NCBI GenBank assembly: GCA_965112735.1
Contig: OZ218952.1
Span: forward strand, 124,001-188,000
From: Phaeosaccion multiseriatum
Taxonomy: Eukaryota > Protista > Ochrophyta, other classes
DNA length: 64,000 bases
Reading direction: 5' to 3'
The notes below the pieces were generated by a model that was given only the letters and a program-made list of their open reading frames with translations, did no database searches and was not told the origin of the DNA. Positions 38,374-54,500 of the stretch are shown here, piece after piece. The translations under genes were made by a program, and so were the position numbers. How positions within the stretch are numbered: position 1 is the stretch's first letter; each line of letters opens with the position of its first letter.

Positions 38374-41300
38374 TCACTGATTGCACACTTGGGCGGGAAT
38401 CAACGTTTGCTTGAGATGAACCGTGTTGGTCTCGTCTCGCACAGTCAGCTCGATCTTTTCAATTCCCCCATACTCCTTGTCCGGCGACCAGTCGTCGACG
38501 TAGGTCACATCAATGACGCCGAAATTAGGTACGGCAACAAACTCGCATTCCGAGTTGAGGCGGAGCCCAGCTGGGTCCAGCCGGAAGCCGTCGCAGTCGT
38601 ACCCCACGGCCGTTGAGCGCGTGAGGCCGGAACTCATCACCTGGTAGAGGGGATGCTTCAAGTGGTGTGTTCCGAACCAGTCCGTGTAGGTAGGATGGAA
38701 GCCTTTGTCCAGCATCTTAATGTCGCCCTGAGTGGGAGAGGAGCACGCCCAACGAGGCGGTAAGAGTTAAAAGGCTGCCTATCCATAGCTCCTTGTTCCT
38801 TGAACAATGCAATCTCTCTTCTTACCCAGTGATAATCGCCCGTGAGGATGATGTTGCAGCCGCTGGACGACCCGATTGTGTAGAGGAGCTGCAGAAGGGA
38901 TGCAAACAAATAAATAGACTTATGAGTTCGTGGAAAGGCAACAAGAGTTCGCCGTTGCTGGGGCGGGGCAGATGCGCCGCCTGACTTGACGCACATTTCT
39001 CTGCGCCGATCGGTAGCAGTCAAAGTCGTCGCCTCCGCAGCTCGAATTCACTCCGTTGAGGTCGTGCAGGCCAGGCTGCCCAACCAGCACCGAGGGGGAC
39101 GCGATGAGGCGGAGGGCCGCGGGTGACGCCGCCAACTCCTCTCTTAGCCACTGGCGCTGCTGCCTCCCCAGCACTTCGCAGAAGGGAGAGCCCTCGAAGG
39201 TGTCCTGCAGCTCGCTGCCGTCGGGGGGGCGCAGTTCGCCCGTCTCCGAGTCGAGAAATAGAGACCGTCTGCCGTTTGGGAGGGGGAGGAGGGGGCAAGG
39301 AGAACAAACGTACTGTTGACGGCGGTTTTGGGGATACTTCCCTCAACACCCTCGATGGCATGCTCACCTGCCGAAGATTGGGGACGTGTAGTCACACGCT
39401 TCCTCCCACAGTGGGCTGTTCAGCTTATTGGCCTCCTCCAGGCACCACCCGAACTGAATCTCTTCGTCCTTTGTGCAACAATTTCCCCGACCTGTACCGC
39501 ATTCGATCAATCATGAGACACGACTACTCTGGAAAGAAGCGCCAACCCTGCATGAATCAGCCTTACCGTCCACTCCTCCGTGCAGAAAGTCGGTGCAGTA
39601 GCTCGTGTGGCTGTGTCCCGGGATGGCCAGGACCAGGTCCTCGCACCACTTGGCTCGCGTGTAACACGGCCTCACGTCCCGGTTGTACCTGCGATGCAGC
39701 AAAGGTACACACATACCGCCGGTCAACAAGACCCACCTCCTTCCTCTCGCCTTCTTGTCCAGTCCCAGTGACCCACCTTTCGTCGAGGAGAAAAACGTCA
39801 ATTTCCCTCCCCGGAAACTCTTCGTTGAGCGTGTACTTGTGCCACGCTCCTCTGTGCATATTTCTGCGAGGGCTCTGGGGATCCTCTGTGAGCGCATGCA
39901 TCACCGGGTGGCGCCGACGATCGAGGGTCAGGGTTAGGCGGGTGGCCGGGTGGGTGAAATATCCTCTCCCCATCTCAATCTCACCTCCCATTGCGTCCAG
40001 AAAGAGTTTAATGAATACCCACTTGGAAGGTAGCCGATGGTCGCCGTCGTTGTACCTAGAGAAGAATAGAGATCTGCTCAGAGGATGTGTCAACGTTTTG
40101 CCCGCCCCCCCTCCCACGCCCTTACCACTCGTGGTCGTCGTATATCCCCTGCCCAACGGAGAGCCAACGGCAGCAGAGAGGCAGAGAGCGAGGACGGTCA
40201 GACAACAGAGAAGCATGTCGATGGTCTTTGGCAGTGTGTGTGTATGCGCGTGTGAGACAAAGGCGGCGCTGACGTCTGGAGTGCGTCTGTGACATGGAAG
40301 ATAAAGCCTGTTTCTTCACACACCATGATTCTTTTCGGGCACATGCTGAGGTCCATTCCTCGAGGTGGAAAGTGCCCCTTTCTCTTCTCCTTGGGGCACA
40401 TGAAGTCCAGAAAGCTGCAGGGGGAGGGCGGGGGGGGGCGGGGGTCAGTGGGGAGTGGGAAGGAGGGGGAGTATTCCAAGACCATTCCACGACTTTCCGC
40501 GCCGTGTCTTTCCGCGAGTGAGATATACTACTGGAATGCGGTGCGGGGGGGCTCTTACGTCCCCACGCACTCCTGCACGCGTGCAGTCACTTGAAGCTCG
40601 ATATGTTCGCACTAGACGCACCAACTCACTCACTCAACTCACTCACTCACAACCTCCATCCACTCCCTCATCCCTCCACTCACTCACTAAAAAACTCACC
40701 CTCACTGACTCATCCCCCCCCTCCCTCCACTCCCTCACCCTCTCCCTTCACTCATTCCCTCCCTCCCTTCCTCCTCTCACTCACCCACGCACTCACTTAC
40801 TCACGCAGGCTCTCATGCACTCAAGCACTCCCTCACCATCTACCCCCCTCCCTCTACTCCCTCCCTCCATCCCTCCCTCCCTCCCACCCTTCCTCCATCA
40901 CTCCCTTCCTCCCCCCCTCCCTCCATCACATTTCTCACCCCTCCTTCCACTCTCCCCCCCCCCCCCTCTCACCCCCTCCCTCCACTCCTTCCCTCCCTCT
41001 CCTCCCTCACTCACGCATTGTAGTCGGGGTGGTTTAACATGGTGCGGTACTTCCCCATCACGTGCTCCACGTCTCCAGCCAAACACCAAGGTCTACCGGG
41101 AGGAGGTAAAAAAGGAAAAAATGCTGGGCAAGGTGAACAACGTCTTGGCAAGGACCTCGTTTCGCACGCACTCTGTTTTGTAGAAGACATCCTCTTGGAT
41201 GCAGTTGCACTCCGTCGCGTTGGGGGCTCCTTCGCAGTTCACATCCGGGTAGTCTCCATAGATGAAATCTCCGAGCCAGATCCACACGTCAGGATCGGCT

Positions 41301-41816
41301 GGGATCACGCCGCCCTGCCAGATTGGCTGACTCCCCTCGTCTTCAACGCCTTTGGCACTTCACCGATCCCAAACCGGACAGGGGGGAGGAGGCGTCAGCA
41401 GCAGCCGTTGCTGCGAATTAGATTCCATACCGATGGACTACTTACGTGCAGGATCCAAAGGCAATTCTTGTCACGAGGGTCTGTTGCTGATGCTGCTGCT
41501 GCTCCTCTGCAGGTGCAGGTGCAGTGTGTCTCTCATTGCCTCGTCCCACCTTGACTTGTATCACCATGAAGACAAGCCCAAACAAGAGGAGCAGTACCAT
41601 AGGCATACCAAGGATTCGGTGCCGATGGTCCAAGTGCCACCACTCTGGCCGCTCCCCCGGCTGGTGCTGGTGCAGCTGCTGCTCCTCCTGCTCGTCCTCC
41701 TCTCCTGACCCTGGAGAGGGCACTGCACTCTGTTCATCGTCATCGCTCGGAGGTCCTTGTGCCTCGTTGCTCAACGGCACATGACTCCCCCTCAGTGTGG
41801 CTCTATTAAATGGCAT
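38374..41816 (-). CDS. phoD: PhoD-like alkaline phosphatase, type II membrane-anchored, Cys-rich inserts
   Basis: N-terminal TM; TRIAFGSC, PDVWIWLGDFIYGD, YDDHE..NDG, FLLDER, LLGRQQRQWL, ILTGDYHW, SSGLT; many short exons. 3' end approximate. Confidence 0.88.
40615..41015. repeat. Intronic pyrimidine-rich low-complexity tract ((CACT)n/(CCCT)n)
   Basis: About 400 bp almost devoid of G on the + strand, within a phoD intron. Confidence 0.85.
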
Positions 41817-42084
41817 ATTGTTGTCCAACACTCTCTCTCTCCCACACTCTATCTCCCCGCACTCCAAGCGGGTATTATGATACGGATTACTTTTGGACAA
41901 AGATTCGATATTTTTTTCTCCGAGGGCGGATGTGCGCGCGTGCGCTACAACTCTCGACTAGTCGGACTTTTTTTTTTTTCTGTTTTGCCATGCAGTATCG
42001 ACCCTGGAATGAAAATCAGGCCGGCTGGCGCCGATAATCAGTAATCAGATAACCTTGTCCAGGGTCGAGCAGTACTGCTGCGGG

Positions 42085-45772
<3,688 letters not shown>

Positions 45773-45899
45773 GATGAGTTCTGCAGGGCAGCAGCAGAGG
45801 CTTTCCTTACGAGTTGGAGGCGAGGGGGGGGGGGGGAAATATACCACCAACACGCCCACCCTCTCCGCAGAGGATTTCCGGAACCTTTTCCTTCCGGGG

Positions 45900-46936
45900 G
45901 TGGGTTTACAATAGCAAAAATGGACAGCACCACCCTTGTCCCTGCAGGATACACGGCAGGCAATTTCGATGGAGACAAAAAGGGAGAGTGGGACTTTGCG
46001 ACGGTGGCCATAGACTGAGCTGTGGCGGTGGGAGGGTGCCAAGAGTCTTTTTAACGTCATTCAAACATCCACAATGGTGGACAGCACCACCCTCGTCCTT
46101 GCGGGAAATACGGCAGGCAGTTTCGACGGAGAGAACAATGGAGAGGATGACGTTGTGGCGGTGGCCATGGACCTCATCTCTATACTTCCTATTTTCCGTT
46201 CCGTTCCGTTCTTGTTGTTGTTCTGACCGTCAAGCCTGAGACATGATCTCTCCGCTGGGGGGAATAACTCACCGCCGCCATCACGCGCGGCGCCGTTGGT
46301 ACCAACACCCAGCAACACGGGAAGAAGTGTGCTCGCATCGCCATCGTCAGGAGTGCCAGCACCATCGTCAGCAGCAGCACTGGGGGGGGACGAGGGGCCC
46401 TGCGTCTTCTTGAGCCATACCAGGGAGAAGAATCGGGACTTTGTATCTCTGCTGTGCGACCAGCTAGAGGAACGGAAATTTCCAGTTTCTTTGACGATCG
46501 GAGCCTGAAGGTAGGAGGCCGTTGGAGGAAAGAGATACTCTGTGCGGCTCGCAACACCCCACTTGGCGTGTTCGTGCTGAGTCCGGAATTTGTGCGCAGA
46601 GCGCTGCCTCTTCGGGAGCTACAAATCTCTCTGGACAGGGAGAAAAGCAACAAGCGAGGCGAAGCTGCTCCCCGTGCTCTTCGAGCTGACGAGTGATGAA
46701 TGCTCCGACACCGAGCTACTGCAAGAACACCATTTTTTATTTTATTTTTGGGGGAAGGCGGGAACTGCGATTGGCTTGCTGAGGGGAAGAGGGCGGACCA
46801 GCTTGCGAAGGAACTGCTGGAGAGTGTGAGTGAAGTAGAGTGTCTCCGTACTGACATGCGTGAAAGGTACACTGAGTTGGCCGTGCGAGTGGCCAAAGAA
46901 GTAGAGAAGTCACTCAGAGCGAGAGCTCGAGGCTGA
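45900..46936 (+). pseudogene. Frameshifted relic: EsV-1-12/SBBP-like beta-propeller repeats, Pro/Ser linker, TIR domain
   Basis: STTLVPAGYTAGNFDG..KGEWDFATVAID / TELWRWEG / STTLVLAGNTAGSFDGENNGEDDVVAVAMD. Then VFLSH...DFV..L...L / FFDDRSLKVG..W..EI..A....LGVFVLSPEF...PLREL / LLPVLF split over several frames. Confidence 0.8.
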
Positions 46937-47516
46937 GCAGATTTGATACCTTCAGATAATTTGTTTCTGTTGCCTTCGCTCAGATGTGCTACAGGTGCTA
47001 CCCAGCGCAGAGTAGGTCGGACAGCAGCGGCTGCTATACGATTCAAAGTGACGTGATGACTAGGACGCCTCCCTTGGGAAGGCCCTCCCCCCCCTGTCCT
47101 GGCTGCCTACCTTTAATTCCAAAATGATTAAAACCATGCGTGATACGTTACCCTTGCGTACAGAAAGGGAGGGAGGGGAAAAGGGGTAATGAGGGTAAAA
47201 GGTAATGTATATATATTACACCCTTAAGTGCCATCTATGTAAAAGGTAAAGGGAAAAGAAAGAAAAAAAATCCCCGCATCTGTGAATGAAAAACACCACC
47301 AACGCGCCTAGGACCCCCCCTGGGTTGAACCCCCTTCCTCCATTTGCTCCCCACTCTCTCTCTCCATTCTCTCGAACGCTGGAAGAAAGGGAAGGAGGAG
47401 GAGTGAGAGTAGGGGCTGGGACGAAACTCTTAGGTGTTCACCAAGGAAAAGAGGGGGCGGAGCAGCAGCAAGAGCAGCTTACGAGACAGACAGCAGGAGC
47501 AAACAGGTGAAGAGCC

Positions 47517-48491
47517 ATGTACGGCGGTGTGGGCCTTCCGACGGCCAGGGGAACCGGGACAAATGGGCACATCTCGGGGAATAAGGGCTTTCTGAAGCCT
47601 CAGCAAGTGCGGGAGAGGGTGGAGCGGAATGTGATCGGGGAAGCGCAGGCCTCCAACAGCTGGAAGAACACGAGCGGAGGCCGGAAGGCCAACGCCGACC
47701 TGCTGCAGCATCAAAAGAGGCGCCAGGTAGAGGCCAAGTTGTTTGAGTTGCGGGATGCGATGGCGGAGAGAGGCTACGCGGAGGAGGATATCGACGCCAA
47801 AGTGGAGCACACCAGGAAGCTCCTGCTGGACGGGTTGGCAGAGGAGGAGGTGCGGAGTTCCCCGCCCGCGAGCAGCCAGGCCTTGGCGAACAATTCCCAC
47901 GCCAGGGCTAATCGGAAGAACGACGACAATGCGAGGATGGCAAATGCCTTTGGCCTGGGGACTGATTATCAACCAGGGGACTCCTTCAATGAGGAGGCAC
48001 AAGAGCGCAAGAGACAGCAGCGACAGGCAGAGAAACAGGCCAAGCAGCTGCAGCGAGAGAAGGACGCCAAGTTGAAGGCCAAGAGGGAGAAAGAGAGGGC
48101 AAAGGAGGAGAGGAGGCGGGCTACGGCTGCGTCGGACGAAGACGATGATGGTCAAGGAGAGGCGTCTGGCAAGGCCGAGGGCAGGGAGGATGTGGAGAGT
48201 AGCAGTGCGGAGAGGGCCACAAGTGGCGGTAACAGGCGTGGTCGGGCGAAGAAGAGCAGTAACAGACGCGGACGGCGATCGCGATCTGCCTCTTCCTCGT
48301 CCTCCTCTTCGTCGAGCAGCAGCAGTAGTAGCAGTAGCAGCAGTAGCAGCAGCAGCAGCAGCAGTAGTAGTAGCAGTAGTAGTAGTAGTAGTAGTAGCAG
48401 TAGCAGTAGCAGTAGCAGCAGCAGCAGCGGCAGCAGTAGGAGGGGTGGCAGCAGAAAGGGGGCTCCGGCCAGGAAACGCAAGCGTGCTTAG
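47517..48491 (+). CDS. CWC21: Splicing factor CWC21/SRRM2-like
   Basis: MYGGVGLPTARGTGTNGHI..N, LL.H..RRQVE.K..EL.D; Ser/Arg-rich tail. Confidence 0.93.
   Translation: MYGGVGLPTARGTGTNGHISGNKGFLKPQQVRERVERNVIGEAQASNSWKNTSGGRKANADLLQHQKRRQVEAKLFELRDAMAERGYAEEDIDAKVEHTRKLLLDGLAEEEVRSSPPASSQALANNSHARANRKNDDNARMANAFGLGTDYQPGDSFNEEAQERKRQQRQAEKQAKQLQREKDAKLKAKREKERAKEERRRATAASDEDDDGQGEASGKAEGREDVESSSAERATSGGNRRGRAKKSSNRRGRRSRSASSSSSSSSSSSSSSSSSSSSSSSSSSSSSSSSSSSSSSSSSSSSSSGSSRRGGSRKGAPARKRKRA
48290..48437 (+). repeat. Coding AGY/TCN trinucleotide tract (poly-Ser)
   Basis: (AGC/AGT)n within CWC21. Confidence 0.95.
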
Positions 48492-48576
48492 GAGTGGCAC
48501 CCAACCACTAAAGAGTGGAATTTGTACATTGAATTACATGACCCTCGGCTTGACAGAAGCAATGTAATATAAACAA

Positions 48577-51081
48577 CTATTTCTCCTTCAGTGTCCTCAG
48601 TCGGCTGCCCCTCCACCGGAAGGCCGCGGCAGAAGAGCCCCCGCCGGTGGTTGCTGGAGAAGCCCCGCCCCCATTCCTAAATAACTTTCCTTTCACCCCG
48701 GCCAGTGCGGACTGGTTCGCCCCTTTTGGAGGGAGGAGCTTCTCTTGCGCTCTCGGCGTGGTCTGCAGGAGCTTCTGCTGCTGCTGTCCACCTTCGGGTG
48801 TCTGGAGGTGCACTGAAGTGCCCGGTGGAGCCGGCAGCCAAGCCCCCCGCTTCCGCCGATTCACCTTCCACATCTGCGCAGCCGAGAATGGTGTGAGAGG
48901 AGCCTTTTTGAAAGCACAGCAAACAGCCCAACATCGCGCCTTACCTCATAGCCGTACGAGTACTTCCACACCGTGTAGTAGAACGCCACCACCTGCTTCT
49001 TGTCCCAGCCCAAAGCCTGCGACACCGCAGCCAAGTCGCGGCCGTGAGTGGCAAATGCCTCTGTAGCCTGCTTGACCTGCGCCTTGGTGAAAGCGCTCAC
49101 GCCCATGAGCTGCAGCTCTCTTTTCGTGGGCTCCTCCTGCCGCTCCTGCTCCTTGTCAGCCACGCCGCGCCTCCTGCTCCTCGTATGTTGCTCCACTCCG
49201 GGCACAGTAACGTTATACCTCGAGGCAAGGATGCGAGCTGCCATGAGCGCATTGTACTTTTGGCGACACAACACCGTCATTACCATGCCGACTTTGGCTG
49301 GCGGAACCATACTCAGCAGCTGCGAGGGCGCAATCTGAATCCTCGCCCCGCCACCCCCACCGCTGGTGGGCTGTTCCTTTTCCTCCTTCAGGGGGCGCCA
49401 CATGGCCTCGAAGGAGACTGATGGCTCCTGATCAGTACCCTTCCTCCCCTCTTCCTTGTTCCCTTGACTCCTTGCCTCTCCGTCGTCAAGCCAAGAGCCC
49501 ACCACCGGCAAATCTGTGGCGAAAGGGTCACGCCAAGCTCGATTACACGGGGCGTTCTTTCTCCCCCAACACTCAACTCGCTCCCAATAGCGCTCCTCAC
49601 CTTTGCACTGGTACCTGTCCCCCAGCAGAGGCTCGCAGTAGCTCCCCACCATCTGTCGCTTCCTCCGCTCCAGCGTTTCGGCAGCAACAAGGCTCCCTTC
49701 CCCTCCCTCCACAGTGGCAGCTCCGGCAAGAACTTGCGTAAAAGCCTTGTTCCGGGGCACTCGCACGGGCTGCGGCGGCACCAGGCTTGTTGTGGAATCG
49801 TCTCCGATGGAAACAGTCTTCTTGTGTGGGAGAGGCACGGGGCACGACGACGGTCAGTCAATGTGTGATGTCTCGTTGTCGTCATTGGTGTGTAATCACT
49901 GACTGGAAAGAGCATCTCACCTGTTCTTTATCCATGGCGTTGAGAATCGCGTGAGGGCCGTGGTAGTACACTGCAGACCTGTTGTACGCCTTTGCTGCCC
50001 CACTCCTGCTGTCAAAGAAGCCCAGGTGCCGTTTGCAGTTGCCTACCTTCACTTCCGCACGCCACTGGTGGAAGCTCTTTCGCACACCTGACCCAACCAA
50101 GACCAAAGAAAGCCAAGCGCGGTTCAGCCGACTTGAGAGAGAGAGCTACAGCAGGCCACACTGACAGAGGGCCAACCCTCGATAACACGTGCACACCTTT
50201 CGTGACGCGGCCGTGGTCGTCAATATACTCTGCCTCCTCGCCATCATCACCAAGCCCGATAGTCTGGCCGAAGTTCAGCGACGCTGAGTCCCCAAAGAGC
50301 TGCAGGGCCTGCTTCCGCGGTTCAAGATATAGTGGCTGTGAGAGGTGAGGCGATGAGTGCACAGTCGACAATCGCTCGCACCTTCTTGTCGTGCTCGGCG
50401 GCCGCCTCCTCTGCGGAGTTGTGTAGCCCCAGCTCCCACACTCGTCCCTGTTTGGCGATAAAGGCTCTCCACTGTGGAACGCCTTCGACAGAGTCCTCTC
50501 TCCGCACTCCTATGAGTTTTGTTTCTCTCCGTCGCTTGCGCGCTCTTTCCCTTCCCGCTTCCTCCTGCCGCTTGCTCGCGCGAACCTCTGCTACACATGT
50601 CCCGCAAATCCACCATTTCTCAGAGGGTACTTCCTTCAGTCTCGGGCGTGTGCAATTGAGGTGGAAGACCAGATTGCAAAACCCGCAGCAGAGAAGCGAG
50701 CCAGGCTTATCGCACTCATTGCACTGGTCGTGGTGGGCTGTTCGGGGGCGAGAGAGCGGGTGGGGTGGGTGAGCAGGGCGCGCCGCCGCGAGCAACAAGA
50801 CAAGCAGACTTAAGGGGAAGGTTGCGCTCCCCACGTGGTGCAATAGGAGGAGCGAGAGAGCGGAGGGGGTCGGTTAGCAAGTAGCGGTACAGGAACTCCA
50901 TCTTTCGCTCTCCAATACAAGCAAGGCTCGAGACAAACCCACCTCCAGTCCAAGGGGCGAGCAACACGTTCTCTCCGTCCACTGAGACCCTGACTCTGTT
51001 CGAGGCGCGTTCCCCCTCTAAGACTTCTTCCACTTGAGCGGTGCTCCCCCTCTTGCTACTTCTCGTCCCCTTCCGCGACAT
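48577..51081 (-). CDS. Putative transcription regulator: PHD finger, two AP2 domains, ELM2-like segment, SANT/Myb
   Basis: CNECDKPGSLLCCGFCNLVFHLNC...W.CGTC. GVR...QWRAFI...LG.....EEAA..HD..A.....A.LNF and GVR..HQWRAEV....RHLGFF....AAKAYNR.A..YHG..A.LN. LGDRYQC. FTKAQ.....AF..HGRDL..V...V.FYY.WK. Confidence 0.82.
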
Positions 51082-51483
51082 ATCAAAGACTCTCCACGCG
51101 GGGGGGGGGGGGGGGGTGCTGAAACTCAAACTGTGGGGTGGGTGTGGGTGCGTGCGCGTGTGGGTGCGTGCGCGTGTGGGTGCGTGCGTGCGAGAGCCTC
51201 GCAGTGGTGGGAGAGCCCCTGCAGTAGCGAGGCTCAGTGGGGCTCTTTAGGACCTGTGCTATCTCTACATCTCTTTATTTTTGCCCCTGTTGACGTGCAC
51301 TTGCCGGCCTTGCTCCAAGGCCCCCACCTAGCGCCAGGCGCGTCATCCCGTGAATACACAATGCAATAGCAAGTCAGCCTGTTCTCTTCTCCTCCCCCCC
51401 CCCGCCTCGTCCCCCGCCTCTTTCCTGGCTGTCACTACCCTTCATCTCTCTTCTCCAATAAACACTCTATTTACAAGAGCCCT

Positions 51484-51503
51484 CCTCCTGCTCCTGCTGC
51501 TTT

Positions 51504-51550
<47 letters not shown>
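51484..51550. repeat. (CTG)n microsatellite just downstream of the HECT ligase stop
   Basis: Run of CTG repeats. Confidence 0.9.
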
Positions 51551-51553
<3 letters not shown>

Positions 51554-51584
51554 CCGTTCCTCTCGATCTACGCCCTCTCTCCTC

Positions 51585-54500
51585 TCACGAGAGCTCAAAG
51601 CCGGTTCCGCTGAAGATGGACATGAACAGCTTCTCCTTCAGCACCTTCTCGCTCGTGTACGTTGGCAGCTGGGAGTGAGCGGGAGGGAGACAGTCGGTGT
51701 TAGGCAGGCGTCTAGCACGAATGTCGAGCCCAGTAGAGCCACAGAGGGTGGCTGGCCCCACTCACTTTCAGGGTGTTGAAACACGTCGACGCGGTGGGGA
51801 GCCGTTCGTCGTCGCTGCTGACGCCGACTCGCTGAATGGTGAAGGGGGGCACCATGCTCTCAAAGCCCAGGGGGGGCGGCCGCTCGCAACTTGTCACGAA
51901 CCTGAAAGACCCCACCGCCGCAGAGTGTTAGAGCAGCGGCAGCAGCAAGCAGACTCATCACAACAAAGGAAGCCACGAAAGGACGCACCTGAGAAGGGCG
52001 GCCCGCTCTGCAGGGGACATGTCCCCGACCACTCTCCAGAAGCGCCGCACGTGCTTGTCCATGGCCAGGAACCCTCCTGCGTAGCGCGTGTGCTTCTTCA
52101 AGTCCTCCGCGTCCAAGGCGTCGGATGACCCCGATATGAGAATCTGGAGGCGACCAAGGATGTGCGTGCGTCCGTGCGTGTACAACGGTTAGTTCAGTCA
52201 GCTCCGGGGGGGGGGGGGAAATACACACACACACACACACACACCTGTAGCTCTGGCACGCTGAACATTTGCAGCCAGGTGTGCGGGATGACACTCCACA
52301 TGCCCCTTACGAAGGCGTCTGCTTGCTCCTTGTGCTTGTCCACCAAGTGGTACTTGGCAACCCTATTAATGTACTCCACCTGATGCAGGCGAATCGAATG
52401 TATCACAGCAAGCACGGCACGACACGTTATTCGGGGGGCTCTTAGCAGCGAATGCGAAGCACTAACCAGCACACTTGCCTTGTTCGCCTGCGTAACCTCC
52501 AGCTCGCCTCCCCTGGGCACGAGGTTCACTTCCTGGGTCACACCAAAGTCTTCGTCCGTCACCGTAAAGGTCAAACACAAATCCTCAATGTTCAGCTCCT
52601 TCTCCCGCTTGAGGAAGACGAGATTGCGATACAAGTCCGCGTCGAGCCCGGCGAGGTCATGAAAGAGGTTCAAGTAGTTGTAGTTGCCCCTTAGCCTCGC
52701 CAGGAAGAAGGCCGCGAACTTGGGCTGCACAGTAATGCCCTCGTACAGCGCCTTGCCCAGGATGCGGCCTAAGAACTCAAAGAGGCGCAGATGCTGCCCT
52801 TGGCCATGCACGGTGCTGGAGTGGGCGTTCGGGTAGAGCAACCCTCCGTTCTCCGTCTGCTGCCATAGGCCGAACTGAAGGTCAAAGGCAAGGCCGCTGA
52901 GGTCCGTCCAAAAGTCCTTGAACAAACCTGTGTGTGTGAAAGAGAGTGTGCGCGTGAGTGACTCTGTGTGTGTGCGCGTTTATATGTCCACAGCAATATG
53001 CGTAACGTGTATGTACATTGCAGGTAAGCGCTCTGTATCATCAACACACGTACCGCCCATGTCGATGCCCGACTCCTGGCATAGTCCAGAGGGGAGAAGG
53101 GGGGGACGACACATTTCAGAGCGTTAGCTCTCTGTTCAGCAGCACTTTCTATGGAACGTCGCAACACTCACCAACCAACCCACCCACCCACCCACTCACA
53201 TCGTAGCCATCGTGGCTGACGTATACCACACTCAGGCGCTTCTTCAGCAGCCCGTCGGTCTTGTTGAGCGCCGCGAGGCCGTCCTCCAGCAGCGCCCCTC
53301 TGCGGATGCGGACACGAATGCCCGGCGCGTCCTGCGGCTGGTGCACGGCCTTGTCGTTCTGGACGAAAGCTGCAAAGATCCGCATGCGCTCCGTCAGAGG
53401 CACCGCGAAGGGCATTGCGGCAAGAAAGTGACGTGCACGCGGGGTCTGCGCCTTGAGCTCTCGTATAATGTGGGCAGAGTCCGTGCCGTCCACCAGCCAG
53501 GCGTCGGCGGGGCACAGGGGCTTGCGGGAGCTTCTCTCATGGAGTGCCCGCATCAGCCGCTCCATCGCATCCCGGACATACTCCCCGAAGCTCGCTTTGC
53601 GTCCCGGCAGCCGATACTGATCCTGTTCCGCCCAGTCCTGCCACCTCGAGGTAAAGATGAGTTGCTTGAAGCTGGACACCACTCGGCGCACTTGGTGCAG
53701 CGGGAGGGGGACGCCGCCGGAGTAAATTTCGGTGTCGTCGAGCACCGCCATCATGTGCGCATAGGCCGTCGCAAACACCGCCAACACTGCAAAGAGACCC
53801 TGCATACCGCCGGCGTTGCCCTCATCGTATGGGCTCGATCGGAGGATTCGGGCTCGTGCAATGACGGAGGAGGAGAAATTGCCCAAATCAGACTGAAGGA
53901 AGGCCCAAAGCTTTGGTACTATAGGGGTGGAGAAGCACAGCGTATTGAGGAGCCCTTCCACCACTCGGTTCCGCCCTCCACTGCATTCCAACCCATCCCA
54001 GCGCCACAGCAGAACGGCCAGCAGCTGCACGAGCGCGAGTACAGCTTGTTCGTCCACCTCTCCCTCGTGCCGTGAGGGCTGCGACTGCTGCGACTGTATC
54101 GGCCCGCTCTCCGATTGCACTGCCGGCGCTTCCACCTTTCCCAAGGCTGCGGCCCTCGATATTGCCGAGCAGTTCAGCGCTTTCTGCTGCTGCTGCTGCT
54201 GCTGCCGCTGCCGAATGGGCTTAGGGGGAGCGGACTCTTTGAATCTTGCCGTTACGCTCTTACGGAGACGAGCAGCCCACTTGGAGACCACCCACTTGTC
54301 CTCCTCGGCCTTCTGCTCGTACACGCTGGCGACGGCAAGAGTCGCTGCCGAGGCCTCCGCGAGGCTCCGCGTGACACGCTCCTCTGCGGCGGTACTGCGA
54401 GCGAGGACGCGGTGTGCGTCTACACTCGCAAGCTGCTTCCCCACCAAGCCCCTCACAGTAGTGTCCGCCAAGACCATCCTTGTTTGCCCTTGCACTTGCT

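Noticed and set aside
40455-41183. Pro/Ser/Leu-rich 242-aa ORF
   Set aside because: Translation of a low-complexity pyrimidine tract antisense to a phoD intron.
46480-46750. Programmed ribosomal frameshifting in the TIR region
   Set aside because: Multiple shifts in different directions plus upstream stops and an apparent deletion fit decay or sequencing error better.
48152-48481. Poly-Leu/poly-Cys ORFs (also 51350-51613)
   Set aside because: Alternative readings of AGC/CTG trinucleotide tracts.
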